Part shown: piece by piece, positions 7,255-14,939 of the stretch | Numbering within the stretch: the stretch's first letter is position 1 | Layout: every line of letters starts with the position of its first letter | Assembly (NCBI GenBank): GCA_016287245.1 | Contig: JAEEWG010000001.1 | Coordinates: 335,761 to 359,760, forward strand | Source of the DNA: Clostridia bacterium | Lineage (GTDB): Bacteria; Bacillota; Clostridia; Saccharofermentanales; Saccharofermentanaceae | Length of the DNA stretch: 24,000 bases | Direction of reading: 5' to 3' | The notes under the pieces: model-generated | The model's database searches: none | What the model was told of the DNA's origin: nothing | What the model saw: the letters and a program-made list of their open reading frames with translations, nothing else | Made by a program: the position numbers and the translations under genes

Positions 7255-8373
7255 TTACGATTCCTCCCAGATGAACCTGTGGAGATCCTTAAGCTGGGCA
7301 TCCCAGTCTACGATCATCATCCACGGGTTTTCCTGTACTCTGAACATACCGTCGCTCGGGGCACGGTATTCACGAACATTTCCTAAGACCTCCATAGCGG
7401 AGATCGCTACACGCATCATATCCATCGCATTCATGTTGGTCTCGAACATTCCGGCCGAGTCCTCCAGAAGCGCTGTCTGTTCAAGTCTTCCGTAAGATGC
7501 CACCTTATTCATCAAAGCGATAGCAAGCGTTCTCTGACGGCCGGAGCGGACATAATCAGAGTCCAGATAACGGATACGGGCCCAGGAAGTCGCCTGCACG
7601 CCATCCAGCGTCTGTACACCGCCATGGGTCAGAAGCGGAACATCTCTTCCGAGAAGCTCACTTTCTTCCTGAATATTGTGGTTGGCATACTTTACCTCAC
7701 CCGGCGTAACATCGATCTCGATGCCTCCGACCATATCGATAAGGTTCGAAGAACTTCCGAAGTCGAGCATAACGAAACGCTGGATATCCAGGCCAAAGTT
7801 ATCGTTGATGGTGTTGATCAGAAGACCAACACCGCCGTAAGCATAAGAGTGCGTAAGCTTATCCGTGGAGGATCTGCCTTCGATCTTTACGCCGGTATCT
7901 CTCATCAGGGAGATCATCTTCACGGCATCAGTTCTGTGATCGATGGAGACGACCAGGATCGCATCGGCACGGCAGGTCACATCATCTGTTCCTCTTGAGT
8001 CGATACCGAAAACAAGGATATTCTCGACTTTACTGTCCTTCTGTGCCACTTTCTTGATCGGATATTTCGGATTGACATAAACGCGCGTATGACCGCCATC
8101 CTTCCAGGAAGACGCAACATCACCATCATCCAGATCGATATTATCGAGATCGTCAAATTCGATCGTCTCGTACTTTTCTTTGCTGACAAAAGGCGTATTT
8201 ACAAATCCGACAGCGCCCATCAGCTTATATACATATAGCGAAACGCCCGTACCAAGGCCCAAAACAGCGCAAAGAACATAACAAAGAATCTTGATAACAA
8301 GTTTTCCTGTAGACTTCTTCGGCTTTTCTGAAGAATCGCTGTATGAACGGTTATCGTTAGTATTTACAGACAT
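7255..8373 (-). CDS. LytR-CpsA-Psr (LCP) family cell-wall glycopolymer phosphotransferase, N-terminal TM anchor
   Basis: 372-aa ORF with TM helix LVIKILCYVLCAVLGLGTGVSLYVY. LCP core blocks are ENILVFGIDSRG...RADAILVVSI, MISLMRDTGV, HSYAYGGVGLLINTINDNFGLDIQRFVMLDF and LIDMVGGIEIDV. Confidence 0.92.
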   Translation of the reverse strand: MSVNTNDNRSYSDSSEKPKKSTGKLVIKILCYVLCAVLGLGTGVSLYVYKLMGAVGFVNTPFVSKEKYETIEFDDLDNIDLDDGDVASSWKDGGHTRVYVNPKYPIKKVAQKDSKVENILVFGIDSRGTDDVTCRADAILVVSIDHRTDAVKMISLMRDTGVKIEGRSSTDKLTHSYAYGGVGLLINTINDNFGLDIQRFVMLDFGSSSNLIDMVGGIEIDVTPGEVKYANHNIQEESELLGRDVPLLTHGGVQTLDGVQATSWARIRYLDSDYVRSGRQRTLAIALMNKVASYGRLEQTALLEDSAGMFETNMNAMDMMRVAISAMEVLGNVREYRAPSDGMFRVQENPWMMIVDWDAQLKDLHRFIWEES

Positions 8374-8400
8374 ATTGATCCCTTTCTTTACACTTGAAAC

Positions 8401-8429
8401 ATATTACCCGATTTTGTGTTACATTTCAA
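8401..8429 (-). promoter_or_regulatory. Candidate SigA promoter for the LCP operon: TTGAAA-17 nt-TAATAT
   Basis: The minus strand reads TTGAAAtgtaacacaaaatcgggTAATAT. The -35 is at 8424-8429 and the -10 at 8401-8406, 28 nt upstream of the LCP ATG (RBS AAAGGGA). Confidence 0.55.
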
Positions 8430-8455
8430 TGACATGGGGAATTTTCGCATTGTTA

Positions 8456-8464
8456 TGTTAAAAT
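8456..8464 (+). promoter_or_regulatory. Candidate extended -10 (TGTTAAAAT) for the DUF3048 lipoprotein gene
   Basis: TGtTAAAAT ends at 8464, 30 nt upstream of the ATG at 8494. The -35 is weak (GGGGAA at 17 nt). Confidence 0.4.
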
Positions 8465-8493
8465 ATACACAAATTTCAAAAAGGAGAGAGCAA

Positions 8494-9705
8494 ATGAAAA
8501 AGCTATTCACCAAACTGAGTGCCGTTTCTATCGCCATCCTCATGATGACGTCTTCACTTACGGCATGCGGTAAAAAAGAATCAGAATCTGAAAGCTATGA
8601 AACATGGTGGACTTCCGAATCAACAGAAGCTTCTAGTGAAACCGAAGCTTCAACTTCTGCTCCGACTACTTCTGAGACAACATTAGCAGCCCCTTCGGAA
8701 TTCGCCAAAAACCCTCTGACGGGACTTGAGGAAATGGATGCCGCCAACGTAGGCAAGCGTGGTGCAGCGATCACCATCAACAATTGTCAGGTCGCTAACC
8801 CTTCCCGTGGTACCAGCGAAGCCTCCGTCATCTTTGAGTATGAGACCGAAGGTGGTCAGACAAGACTTCTCTGCGTATTCCCGGATGTTGCCCGTATCCC
8901 GCTCCTTGGTTCTATCCGAAGCGGACGTGTAGGAGCAGCAGATATGGCCGCCGGTACCGGTGCCATATTCATCTGCTGGGGTTCCGACGAAACTGCCGTT
9001 CCGAGTCATGTAAGAAAGAACAACATTGACTGGATCGACATCAACAACAATATCTATGACTCCAGAAGAGGCCATGATCCGGCCGAAGTTACAGGTAACT
9101 GCTTCTGCTGGCGTGACCGTGAGTGGATGAACGAACCGAATCATCGTGGTGGTATCGAGCACTGCGGTGTATCCCGCGGCGACTTCCTCATGAAGGCCAT
9201 CGACTACTACAAGATCGACATCAAGGGTGAAATGCCGGATATGTTCAAGTTCGTTGAATCCGGTTCCGCAGCTATGGCATCTGACAGCCAGCCGTGCTCC
9301 GAGATCAACGTATATTTCTCCAGCACCAACGATGATGCTCTGTTCACATATAATAAGGACGAGAAGGTCTACTACAAAAGCCAGTACAATGGTAAGCCGC
9401 AGGAAGACTGCAATAACGATGTGCAGATCCACTTCACTAACGTATTCGTTCTTTACTGCCCGATCAACCCGCGTCCGAACGACAGCTCCAAAGAGCGTCA
9501 TAAGGACATTCACCTTGAAGAAGGCGGCACAGGCTACTACATCTCTTACGGAAAGGCTGAGCCGATCACATGGACCAAGCCGACTCCGAACGATCAGATC
9601 AAGTGCTTCGACAGCACAGGAAAAGAGATCGATGTAAATGCCGGTAAGTCTTACATCTGCGTAGTCGACAGCGACTATATGGGCAAGACAACTATCACAC
9701 CATAA
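8494..9705 (+). CDS. DUF3048-domain lipoprotein (YerB-like), S/T/E-rich linker
   Basis: MKKLFTKLSAVSIAILMMTSSLTAC is a signal peptide with lipobox L-T-A-C, followed by a low-complexity linker ESESESYE...TSAPTTSETT. NPLTGL...AAITINNCQVANPSRGTSEASVIFEYETEGGQTRLLCVF...GSIRSGR follows the DUF3048 pattern (PLTG / I-N-N / EGG-TR). The start is set at the ATG at 8494 behind AAGGAGAG, not the ORF-track start at 8416. Confidence 0.8.
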   Translation: MKKLFTKLSAVSIAILMMTSSLTACGKKESESESYETWWTSESTEASSETEASTSAPTTSETTLAAPSEFAKNPLTGLEEMDAANVGKRGAAITINNCQVANPSRGTSEASVIFEYETEGGQTRLLCVFPDVARIPLLGSIRSGRVGAADMAAGTGAIFICWGSDETAVPSHVRKNNIDWIDINNNIYDSRRGHDPAEVTGNCFCWRDREWMNEPNHRGGIEHCGVSRGDFLMKAIDYYKIDIKGEMPDMFKFVESGSAAMASDSQPCSEINVYFSSTNDDALFTYNKDEKVYYKSQYNGKPQEDCNNDVQIHFTNVFVLYCPINPRPNDSSKERHKDIHLEEGGTGYYISYGKAEPITWTKPTPNDQIKCFDSTGKEIDVNAGKSYICVVDSDYMGKTTITP

Positions 9706-9732
9706 TCTTTATCAATAACTTAAGAACTGATG

Positions 9733-9765
9733 AAAGGGGCTGTCTCACAAGGCAGCCTCTTTTTC
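9733..9765. terminator. Bidirectional rho-independent terminator between convergent genes
   Basis: AAAGGGGCTGTC-tcacaa-GGCAGCCTCTTT forms a 12-bp stem including 2 G-U pairs. It is followed by a T run on the plus strand (CTCTTTTTC) and preceded by an A run that gives a U-tract on the minus transcript. It lies 28 nt after the DUF3048 stop. Confidence 0.7.
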
Positions 9766-9825
9766 ATTAGATCGATATTTACTCAGCGTATAGACAGGCA
9801 GACGCTTCTGCCAAATACGGACAGA

Positions 9826-10188
9826 TCACTTCGCTGCAAGGAACTCCTGAAGATCAGTATACGAAAGCGGACGGATGAGGATCTCGTCACGGGTCTCATC
9901 GATCTGGAATTTTTCAGCGGTCTTCAGTGCTTTCTCATACGGAATATAGCCTATGATCTTATTTTCCGTAGCGGAGATCAGGATAAGCGTGAACCGGTCC
10001 GTTTCCTCATAGAACTCGCGCGGCTTCTTAAGAAGTCGAGTCGCGATTCCTTCACTCAAGGCAAAAGCAGCAGATGGAGCCCCTTGATCATCTGTGATAA
10101 AAGAATACGATGGAATATAGGCCTTCTGCCACAATGGCGAATCCATCTTCTCATTATCTCTTTCTCTTCGGCGATCAAAAATACCCAT
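9826..10188 (-). CDS. Hypothetical cytoplasmic protein, 120 aa, no family recognised
   Basis: The ORF has RBS GAGGAG 9 nt upstream and starts 3 nt after the VanZ-family stop. There is no TM segment or signal peptide. I cannot assign a family by eye. Confidence 0.65.
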   Translation of the reverse strand: MGIFDRRRERDNEKMDSPLWQKAYIPSYSFITDDQGAPSAAFALSEGIATRLLKKPREFYEETDRFTLILISATENKIIGYIPYEKALKTAEKFQIDETRDEILIRPLSYTDLQEFLAAK

Positions 10189-10191
10189 TTA

Positions 10192-10773
10192 TCACATCTC
10201 CTCAATATGTGGATCGGAAGAGACCACGTTAAGCGTGATCTGCTTTTTATTCTTTACATAAACATGGATCGAAACGACGATTCGTATGATCATCATCAGC
10301 ACAAAGGCGCCGGACAGGTCGAGGAAAACATCCAGAAGGCTGGCGGAACGTCCCTGTACGAAGATCTGGTGATACTCATCGGCGGCGGCGGAAAGAGCCG
10401 TGATCCAGAGAGCAACAGCGATATACACTTCGTTATCATTCTTCAGCTTATCGAGATAGGAACTCGCCGGCGGGATCTCTCCGGACTGTACATGATTGGT
10501 CGCAAACATAGCGATATAGGCCAGTGTGGAAAGGATCGTGAACTCGAAGATATGCGCACAGTTACGGACAAAAACTTCCGTCACATAAATATGGAGATTA
10601 TCCGTAATCCTTCTGACCAGATCTAAAGAACGCATGGAGGAAACTTCCGCCGACTCCGCGGACAGCGAGAATATCACGGCAAGCCATCCGATGACCAGAA
10701 TCCACATGATGAACGTAAATAGAAAATACAAAGGATGAAAAGCCTTCTTCTGTTTTTCCTGCTTCAAGCTCAT
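10192..10773 (-). CDS. VanZ-family integral membrane protein
   Basis: 193 aa with multiple TM segments. Family motifs are IFSLSAES, RNCAHIFEFTILS and AAADEYHQIFVQGRSASLLDVFLDLSGA (the DE-HQ-F--GR----D---D--G pattern of VanZ-like proteins). RBS AGGGGA is upstream. Confidence 0.85.
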   Translation of the reverse strand: MSLKQEKQKKAFHPLYFLFTFIMWILVIGWLAVIFSLSAESAEVSSMRSLDLVRRITDNLHIYVTEVFVRNCAHIFEFTILSTLAYIAMFATNHVQSGEIPPASSYLDKLKNDNEVYIAVALWITALSAAADEYHQIFVQGRSASLLDVFLDLSGAFVLMMIIRIVVSIHVYVKNKKQITLNVVSSDPHIEEM

Positions 10774-10804
10774 ACCGAACGTCCCCTAACAAAATTACAT
10801 GTCA

Positions 10805-10831
10805 AGTATACCACAAATCCGAACATCTCAA
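10805..10831 (-). promoter_or_regulatory. Candidate promoter for the VanZ gene: TTGAGA-15 nt-TGgTATACT
   Basis: The minus strand reads TTGAGAtgttcggatttgTGgTATACT. It has an extended -10 but a short spacer, and sits between the smpB terminator and the VanZ RBS. Confidence 0.4.
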
Positions 10832-10857
10832 AAATATTAGTGACTATTCTTCAAAAT

Positions 10858-10886
10858 TGAAAAGACCCTTTCGGGTCTTCCTTTTT
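10858..10886 (-). terminator. Rho-independent terminator after smpB (symmetrical A/T flanks)
   Basis: AAGACCC-tttc-GGGTCTT (10862-10879). On the minus transcript the hairpin is followed by UUUUCAAUUUUG. It starts 6 nt after the smpB stop. Confidence 0.75.
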
Positions 10887-10891
10887 CCGCA

Positions 10892-11371
10892 TCAGTACTG
10901 CGCGCTGTTCTTCTGGCTTTTCATGGCGCGGTCGATATCGCGCTTTGCGGTCTTTTCGGCAGCAGAATCGCGCTTATCGAAGTTCTTTTTACCTCTTGCC
11001 AGACCGATCTCAAACTTCACTTTACCGTCCTTGAAATAACACTTCGTCGGAACGATCGTAAGTCCGTCCTGCTTGACGATGGAAAAAAGCCTTATGATCT
11101 CGCCCTTATGCATCAGAAGCTTCCTGGTACGCATCGGATCGAGGTTAAAGCGGTTGCCCTGCTCATAGGGACTGATATGCACACCGACGAGGAAGATCTC
11201 CCCTTCTTTGACCTGCACATAGCTGTCCTTAAGGTTAACTTTTCCGGCACGAAGTGACTTGACCTCCGTACCGGAAAGAACGATGCCCGCCTCGAATTTT
11301 TCTTCAATAAAATAGTCGTGGAAGGCCTTGCGGTTTTCCGCGATGACCTTTATTCCTTTCTTAATTGCCAT
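10892..11371 (-). CDS. smpB: SsrA-binding protein SmpB
   Basis: 159 aa with [35 protein letters not shown]...[15 protein letters not shown]...[16 protein letters not shown], the canonical SmpB sequence. RBS AGGAGG is upstream. Confidence 0.97.
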   Translation of the reverse strand: MAIKKGIKVIAENRKAFHDYFIEEKFEAGIVLSGTEVKSLRAGKVNLKDSYVQVKEGEIFLVGVHISPYEQGNRFNLDPMRTRKLLMHKGEIIRLFSIVKQDGLTIVPTKCYFKDGKVKFEIGLARGKKNFDKRDSAAEKTAKRDIDRAMKSQKNSAQY

Positions 11372-12383
11372 AGTTTCCTCCTAATTCCAGTGAAGGATAT
11401 GCATTCATGTCCAGTTCATCACGGACACCTGAAATATAGTCATAGTAGCCCGCTGAAGCGATCATGGCGGCGTTGTCGGTACAGTACGCCATCTTCGGAA
11501 GACAAAGTTCGCACTTTCTTTTCTTCGCCAGAGCTTCCACCTTCGCGCGAAGGCAGGAGTTTGCGGATACACCGCCCGCCAGGCAGATCTTCTTCATACC
11601 AGTGAGTTTGACCGCCTGATCGAGCCGGTCGCAGAGGATCGAACAGATCGCATCCTGATAAGATGCGGCAAAGTCATCGATCTTCACATCTCCCCCGCCC
11701 TGACGGACCTGGTTGATGGTATTTAATGCCGCGGTCTTGATCCCGCTGAAAGAAAAGTCCAGGGAATCCGTGATCTTCGGAGACGGGAAAGTATAGGCTT
11801 TCGGATCTCCTGTTTTACTTGCTTTATCGAGCTTCGGTCCGCCCGGATAACCGAGTCCGATGACACGGGCGATCTTGTCGAAGGCCTCTCCCGCCGCATC
11901 GTCTCTGGTACTGCATATGCATTCCATCTCGGAATAATCCTTCACGAGCAGGATCTCACTGTGACCGCCGGATACGACAAGACACAGGAACGGCGGTTCC
12001 CAGGAAATATCTGTAAGGTAATTGGCAGCGATGTGGCCGGCCATGTGATTGACGCCGACAAGAGGGATCTTCTTTACTTCACACAGTGCTTTAGCCGCTG
12101 AAACACCGACGAGCAGCGCGCCGACAAGCCCCGGGCCCTTGGTGACACAGACAGCATCGATATCGTCATAGGTGACACCCGCCTGTTTCATGGTCTCGGA
12201 GATGACAGGAACGATCGCCTCCACATGCATGCGGGATGCGATCTCAGGAACGACACCGCCGTACTGGCTGTGCAGATCCGCCTGGGACGCGATCATGCTG
12301 GCTTTAACCACACGACCGGCTTCAATGACGGCACATGCGGTCTCGTCGCAGGATGATTCAATTCCTAAAGTCAACACACTCAT
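11361..12383 (-). CDS. tsaD: tRNA N6-adenosine threonylcarbamoyltransferase TsaD
   Basis: 340 aa with [30 protein letters not shown] and LAGGVSAN blocks of the Kae1/TsaD family. Its stop overlaps the smpB start by 11 nt. Confidence 0.97.
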   Translation of the reverse strand: MSVLTLGIESSCDETACAVIEAGRVVKASMIASQADLHSQYGGVVPEIASRMHVEAIVPVISETMKQAGVTYDDIDAVCVTKGPGLVGALLVGVSAAKALCEVKKIPLVGVNHMAGHIAANYLTDISWEPPFLCLVVSGGHSEILLVKDYSEMECICSTRDDAAGEAFDKIARVIGLGYPGGPKLDKASKTGDPKAYTFPSPKITDSLDFSFSGIKTAALNTINQVRQGGGDVKIDDFAASYQDAICSILCDRLDQAVKLTGMKKICLAGGVSANSCLRAKVEALAKKRKCELCLPKMAYCTDNAAMIASAGYYDYISGVRDELDMNAYPSLELGGNYGN

Positions 12384-12393
12384 TTACTGCCTC

Positions 12394-13410
12394 TTACTTA
12401 AAGTAGGTGCCGAGGAACTCTCGTAAAGTCTCACGGTAACCTGTCGGGTCGATCATGTAAGATTCCACATATCCCGCGCCGGCGATCATTGTTGCCATCG
12501 TGGTGTTCGGATTCAGTCTCTTTCTCTCCTCCACGATCTGTCCGATCTTGTCGGAGCCGACGAAAGTATCACGGCCGCCGTAGATGATACATACCGGGAT
12601 CGGAAGACGGGAGATCTGGGTGGCCAGATTGACGCTGGAAGATTCACCGGAAGAAACCCTGATCGCGTACGGAACGAAGTGCTTCGTGATAAACGCGAAA
12701 CTGGATTTTTTTACGACGAAAGGCGTGATATAGTCATCGGAGTTTTTCGCGGGCGAATCGAGGATGATGCCGGCGATATAATGCTGGTCAAAGCCAAGGT
12801 CAGCGATCTTCTGACTATAGTTCTCGAGCACTTCAATATCCGAAGAAGGCGGAAGCTTATCGATCGCAAGAAGGCAGGAACTGCAGCCGGCGCCGATGCC
12901 ATAGAGAATAACATCTGTCGTGACGGAGATCTTCTTTACGTGCTTGATCGCACCGAGCACATCCTGCCACTCAAGATAGCCGAAGCCGCAGATCGCGCCT
13001 TCGCTTTCGCCCGAATGCCTCTGGTCAAAAAGAAACACGTTGAAGTGCATGTTCAGAAAATCTTCGATCATCTGCACCATCTCCACGTTATACGGGAGAC
13101 GGTTGGACTGGATATCATGAACGAGGATGATCGTACTGATCGGATCATCGGTCTTGAAGAACCATCCGGAAAGGATCGTCTGGTCGTCCGCGGAAGTAAA
13201 ACTCGTCGCGGAATACGAAGGAAGAACGTTCGACGGGATATTCGGAAGCTCCTTCTTTTCAATACTCATCAGACTGTTGGCCGTGGACGTGGTAAGCACG
13301 ATGATCGCAACGACGACGATAGCCAGAACGCTCAAAACAAGCGCCATCCGGACGATCAGTCTGGACAGCGAGAATCTGGTTCCTTCACGTTTGGTTAAAC
13401 CTTGACCCAT
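12394..13410 (-). CDS. Membrane-anchored alpha/beta-hydrolase-fold protein (COG1073/FrsA-like) with non-canonical active-site positions
   Basis: 338 aa with N-terminal TM helix ALVLSVLAIVVVAIIVLTT. Fold blocks are TIILVHD, VFLFDQRHSGESEG, DVILYGIGAGCSSCLLA, IIYGGRDTFV and IAGAGYVESY. The expected GxSxG reads GIGAG (nt 12886-12900) and the expected GAGH reads GAGY (Tyr codon at 12469-12471). Confidence 0.85.
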   Translation of the reverse strand: MGQGLTKREGTRFSLSRLIVRMALVLSVLAIVVVAIIVLTTSTANSLMSIEKKELPNIPSNVLPSYSATSFTSADDQTILSGWFFKTDDPISTIILVHDIQSNRLPYNVEMVQMIEDFLNMHFNVFLFDQRHSGESEGAICGFGYLEWQDVLGAIKHVKKISVTTDVILYGIGAGCSSCLLAIDKLPPSSDIEVLENYSQKIADLGFDQHYIAGIILDSPAKNSDDYITPFVVKKSSFAFITKHFVPYAIRVSSGESSSVNLATQISRLPIPVCIIYGGRDTFVGSDKIGQIVEERKRLNPNTTMATMIAGAGYVESYMIDPTGYRETLREFLGTYFK

Positions 13411-13420
13411 AGATGACCTC

Positions 13421-14401
13421 TTACAACATCCGGTGCTTTCGGAGGATCACGATCGCAACGCCGATCGAGAAGATCCCTGACGCCAGCAGCACGAAGAACG
13501 GGACCGGATGGGAAGAAAAGCCCGCATCCCAAGGCATAACGCAATTCTGGCCGAAAAAGCTGGAGATGATGGTCGGCACAGACAGCGCGATCGTTGCCGC
13601 CGCCATGATCTTCATGATGTCGTTCATATTATTATTGATGATCGATGCATACGCATCCAGCGTATGGCTGACAACGGACATATAGATATCCGCCATCTCC
13701 ATTGCCTGTTTGAACTCGATGATGACGTCATCGAGGAGTTCTTCATCCTCCTCGTATGTGCGGATCGTCGTCGGTCCATGATTCAGTTTCTCAAGGACAG
13801 CTTCATCTGACTTCAGAGATGTCGAAAAATAGACCAGCGTCTTCGACAGGTCAAGAAGCCGGTAAAGCTCCTTATTCGTCGTGATCTTCGCCAGTTCTTT
13901 TTCCGAGGACTCGATGCTCTTATCGACCTGACGGAGAAGGCGCAGGAACTCACCTGCCGCTGCGTACATGATCTGGATCGCGAAACGGTTTCTGTACCCG
14001 ACTTTGCAATCCTTCACCTGGTTTTCCGCAAAAGCATTCAGGATCTTCACTTCACGAAGAGAAACCGTAATGATCTGTCTCTTTTTAATGATGATACCGA
14101 GCGGAACAGTCTCCAGAAGATCCGGGCGCCCATTATCCTGTACCAGCGGGATGTCAACGATCATCAGAAGAGAATCGGTATCCTCATCCGTATCGATACG
14201 CGGTCTCTCCTCATCATCCAGCGGACTGCGGAGAAACTCTTCCGGAACATCCAGTTTTTCAACAAGTTCAGCTATCTCCTCATCAGAAGGCGCGATAAGA
14301 TTGATCCAGCTATCATCACAGATCGAATCTGTTTTTCGGATCTTACTGACTGTCCTGTCGGTTTTCGTTTTTACATTTTCCGAAATGTAGAAATTCAGCA
14401 T
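13421..14401 (-). CDS. CorA-family (2-TM-GxN) divalent cation transporter with GQN signature
   Basis: 326 aa with a large soluble N-domain and two C-terminal TM helices. The loop FFGQNCVMPW corresponds to CorA YGMNFxxMP, and the C-terminus is RKHRML. The GQN codons GGC CAG AAT are at 13544-13552. Confidence 0.88.
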   Translation of the reverse strand: MLNFYISENVKTKTDRTVSKIRKTDSICDDSWINLIAPSDEEIAELVEKLDVPEEFLRSPLDDEERPRIDTDEDTDSLLMIVDIPLVQDNGRPDLLETVPLGIIIKKRQIITVSLREVKILNAFAENQVKDCKVGYRNRFAIQIMYAAAGEFLRLLRQVDKSIESSEKELAKITTNKELYRLLDLSKTLVYFSTSLKSDEAVLEKLNHGPTTIRTYEEDEELLDDVIIEFKQAMEMADIYMSVVSHTLDAYASIINNNMNDIMKIMAAATIALSVPTIISSFFGQNCVMPWDAGFSSHPVPFFVLLASGIFSIGVAIVILRKHRML

Positions 14402-14432
14402 GCTCTATCCCGTCTTTCTTCAGAATTAGAAT

Positions 14433-14441
14433 ATTTTACCA
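14433..14441 (-). promoter_or_regulatory. Candidate extended -10 (TGGTAAAAT) for the corA-family gene
   Basis: The minus strand reads TGgTAAAAT in the 46-nt dut-corA spacer, about 32 nt upstream of the ATG. Any -35 would lie inside the dut 3' end (TTCGAC at 19 nt, a poor fit). Confidence 0.4.
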
Positions 14442-14447
14442 CAAGAA

Positions 14448-14939
14448 TCATACTCCGGTCGAACCAAAACCGCCTTTACGGTCTATACCGATAGTATCAA
14501 CGCTCGATGTCATAACCAGTTCCGCGGTCTCATATCTCGCAAAGACCATCTGCGCGATACGGTCACCTTTTTTGATCTGATACGGGCCTTTTTTATTTCC
14601 CTTATCCGTCGCGAAAAGTACCGGTGCATCCGCATAGCTTTCCGGAGAGGTGTTTTCCAGTATGATACAGATCTCACCTCTATAGCCGCTGTCGATCGTC
14701 CCCGGCGCATTCGGAATGCGAAGGGGCGTATTGAGGGAAAGTCCGCTTCTCGGACGGATCTGCACTTCATATCCCGCCGGAATGGCAAACTTCAATCCCG
14801 TGTGGATCAGCTTTGTTTCCCCCGGCGCAAGAAGTACATCTTCCGTGCTGTAGAGATCCATGCCCGCATCGCCGTCATGCGCGTACGAAGGCAGGATCGC
14901 GTCTTCCGTGATTTTTTCGACATAGATCTCAGAACTCAT
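14448..14939 (-). CDS. dut: dUTP diphosphatase (trimeric Dut family)
   Basis: Motifs DAGMDL, RPRSGL, GTIDSGYRGE, GDRIAQMVF and RKGGFGSTG are present. The start is set at the ATG at 14939 (MSSEIYVEK), with AAGGAG 9 nt upstream inside the end of the U32 gene. The ORF-track start at 14990 would overlap U32 by 62 nt. Confidence 0.92.
   Translation of the reverse strand: MSSEIYVEKITEDAILPSYAHDGDAGMDLYSTEDVLLAPGETKLIHTGLKFAIPAGYEVQIRPRSGLSLNTPLRIPNAPGTIDSGYRGEICIILENTSPESYADAPVLFATDKGNKKGPYQIKKGDRIAQMVFARYETAELVMTSSVDTIGIDRKGGFGSTGV

Noticed and set aside
9797-9812. Second small hairpin GGCAGA-cgct-TCTGCC downstream of the 120-aa ORF
   Set aside because: It has a 6-bp stem and no adjacent U-tract on either strand. 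The neighbouring 12-bp hairpin at 9733-9762 is the credible terminator.
10740-10800. Possible tmRNA (ssrA) downstream of smpB. The minus strand reads GGGGACGTTCGGTATGAGCTTGAAGCAGG, reminiscent of the Bacillus ssrA 5' end GGGGACGTTACGGATTCGAC
   Set aside because: Only about 12 nt match, and the stretch is the RBS and start of a VanZ-family ORF with strong family motifs. Only 118 nt of non-coding DNA are available, and I saw no tRNA-like 3' end (GGTTCGAnTCC…CCA). ssrA must lie elsewhere in the genome.
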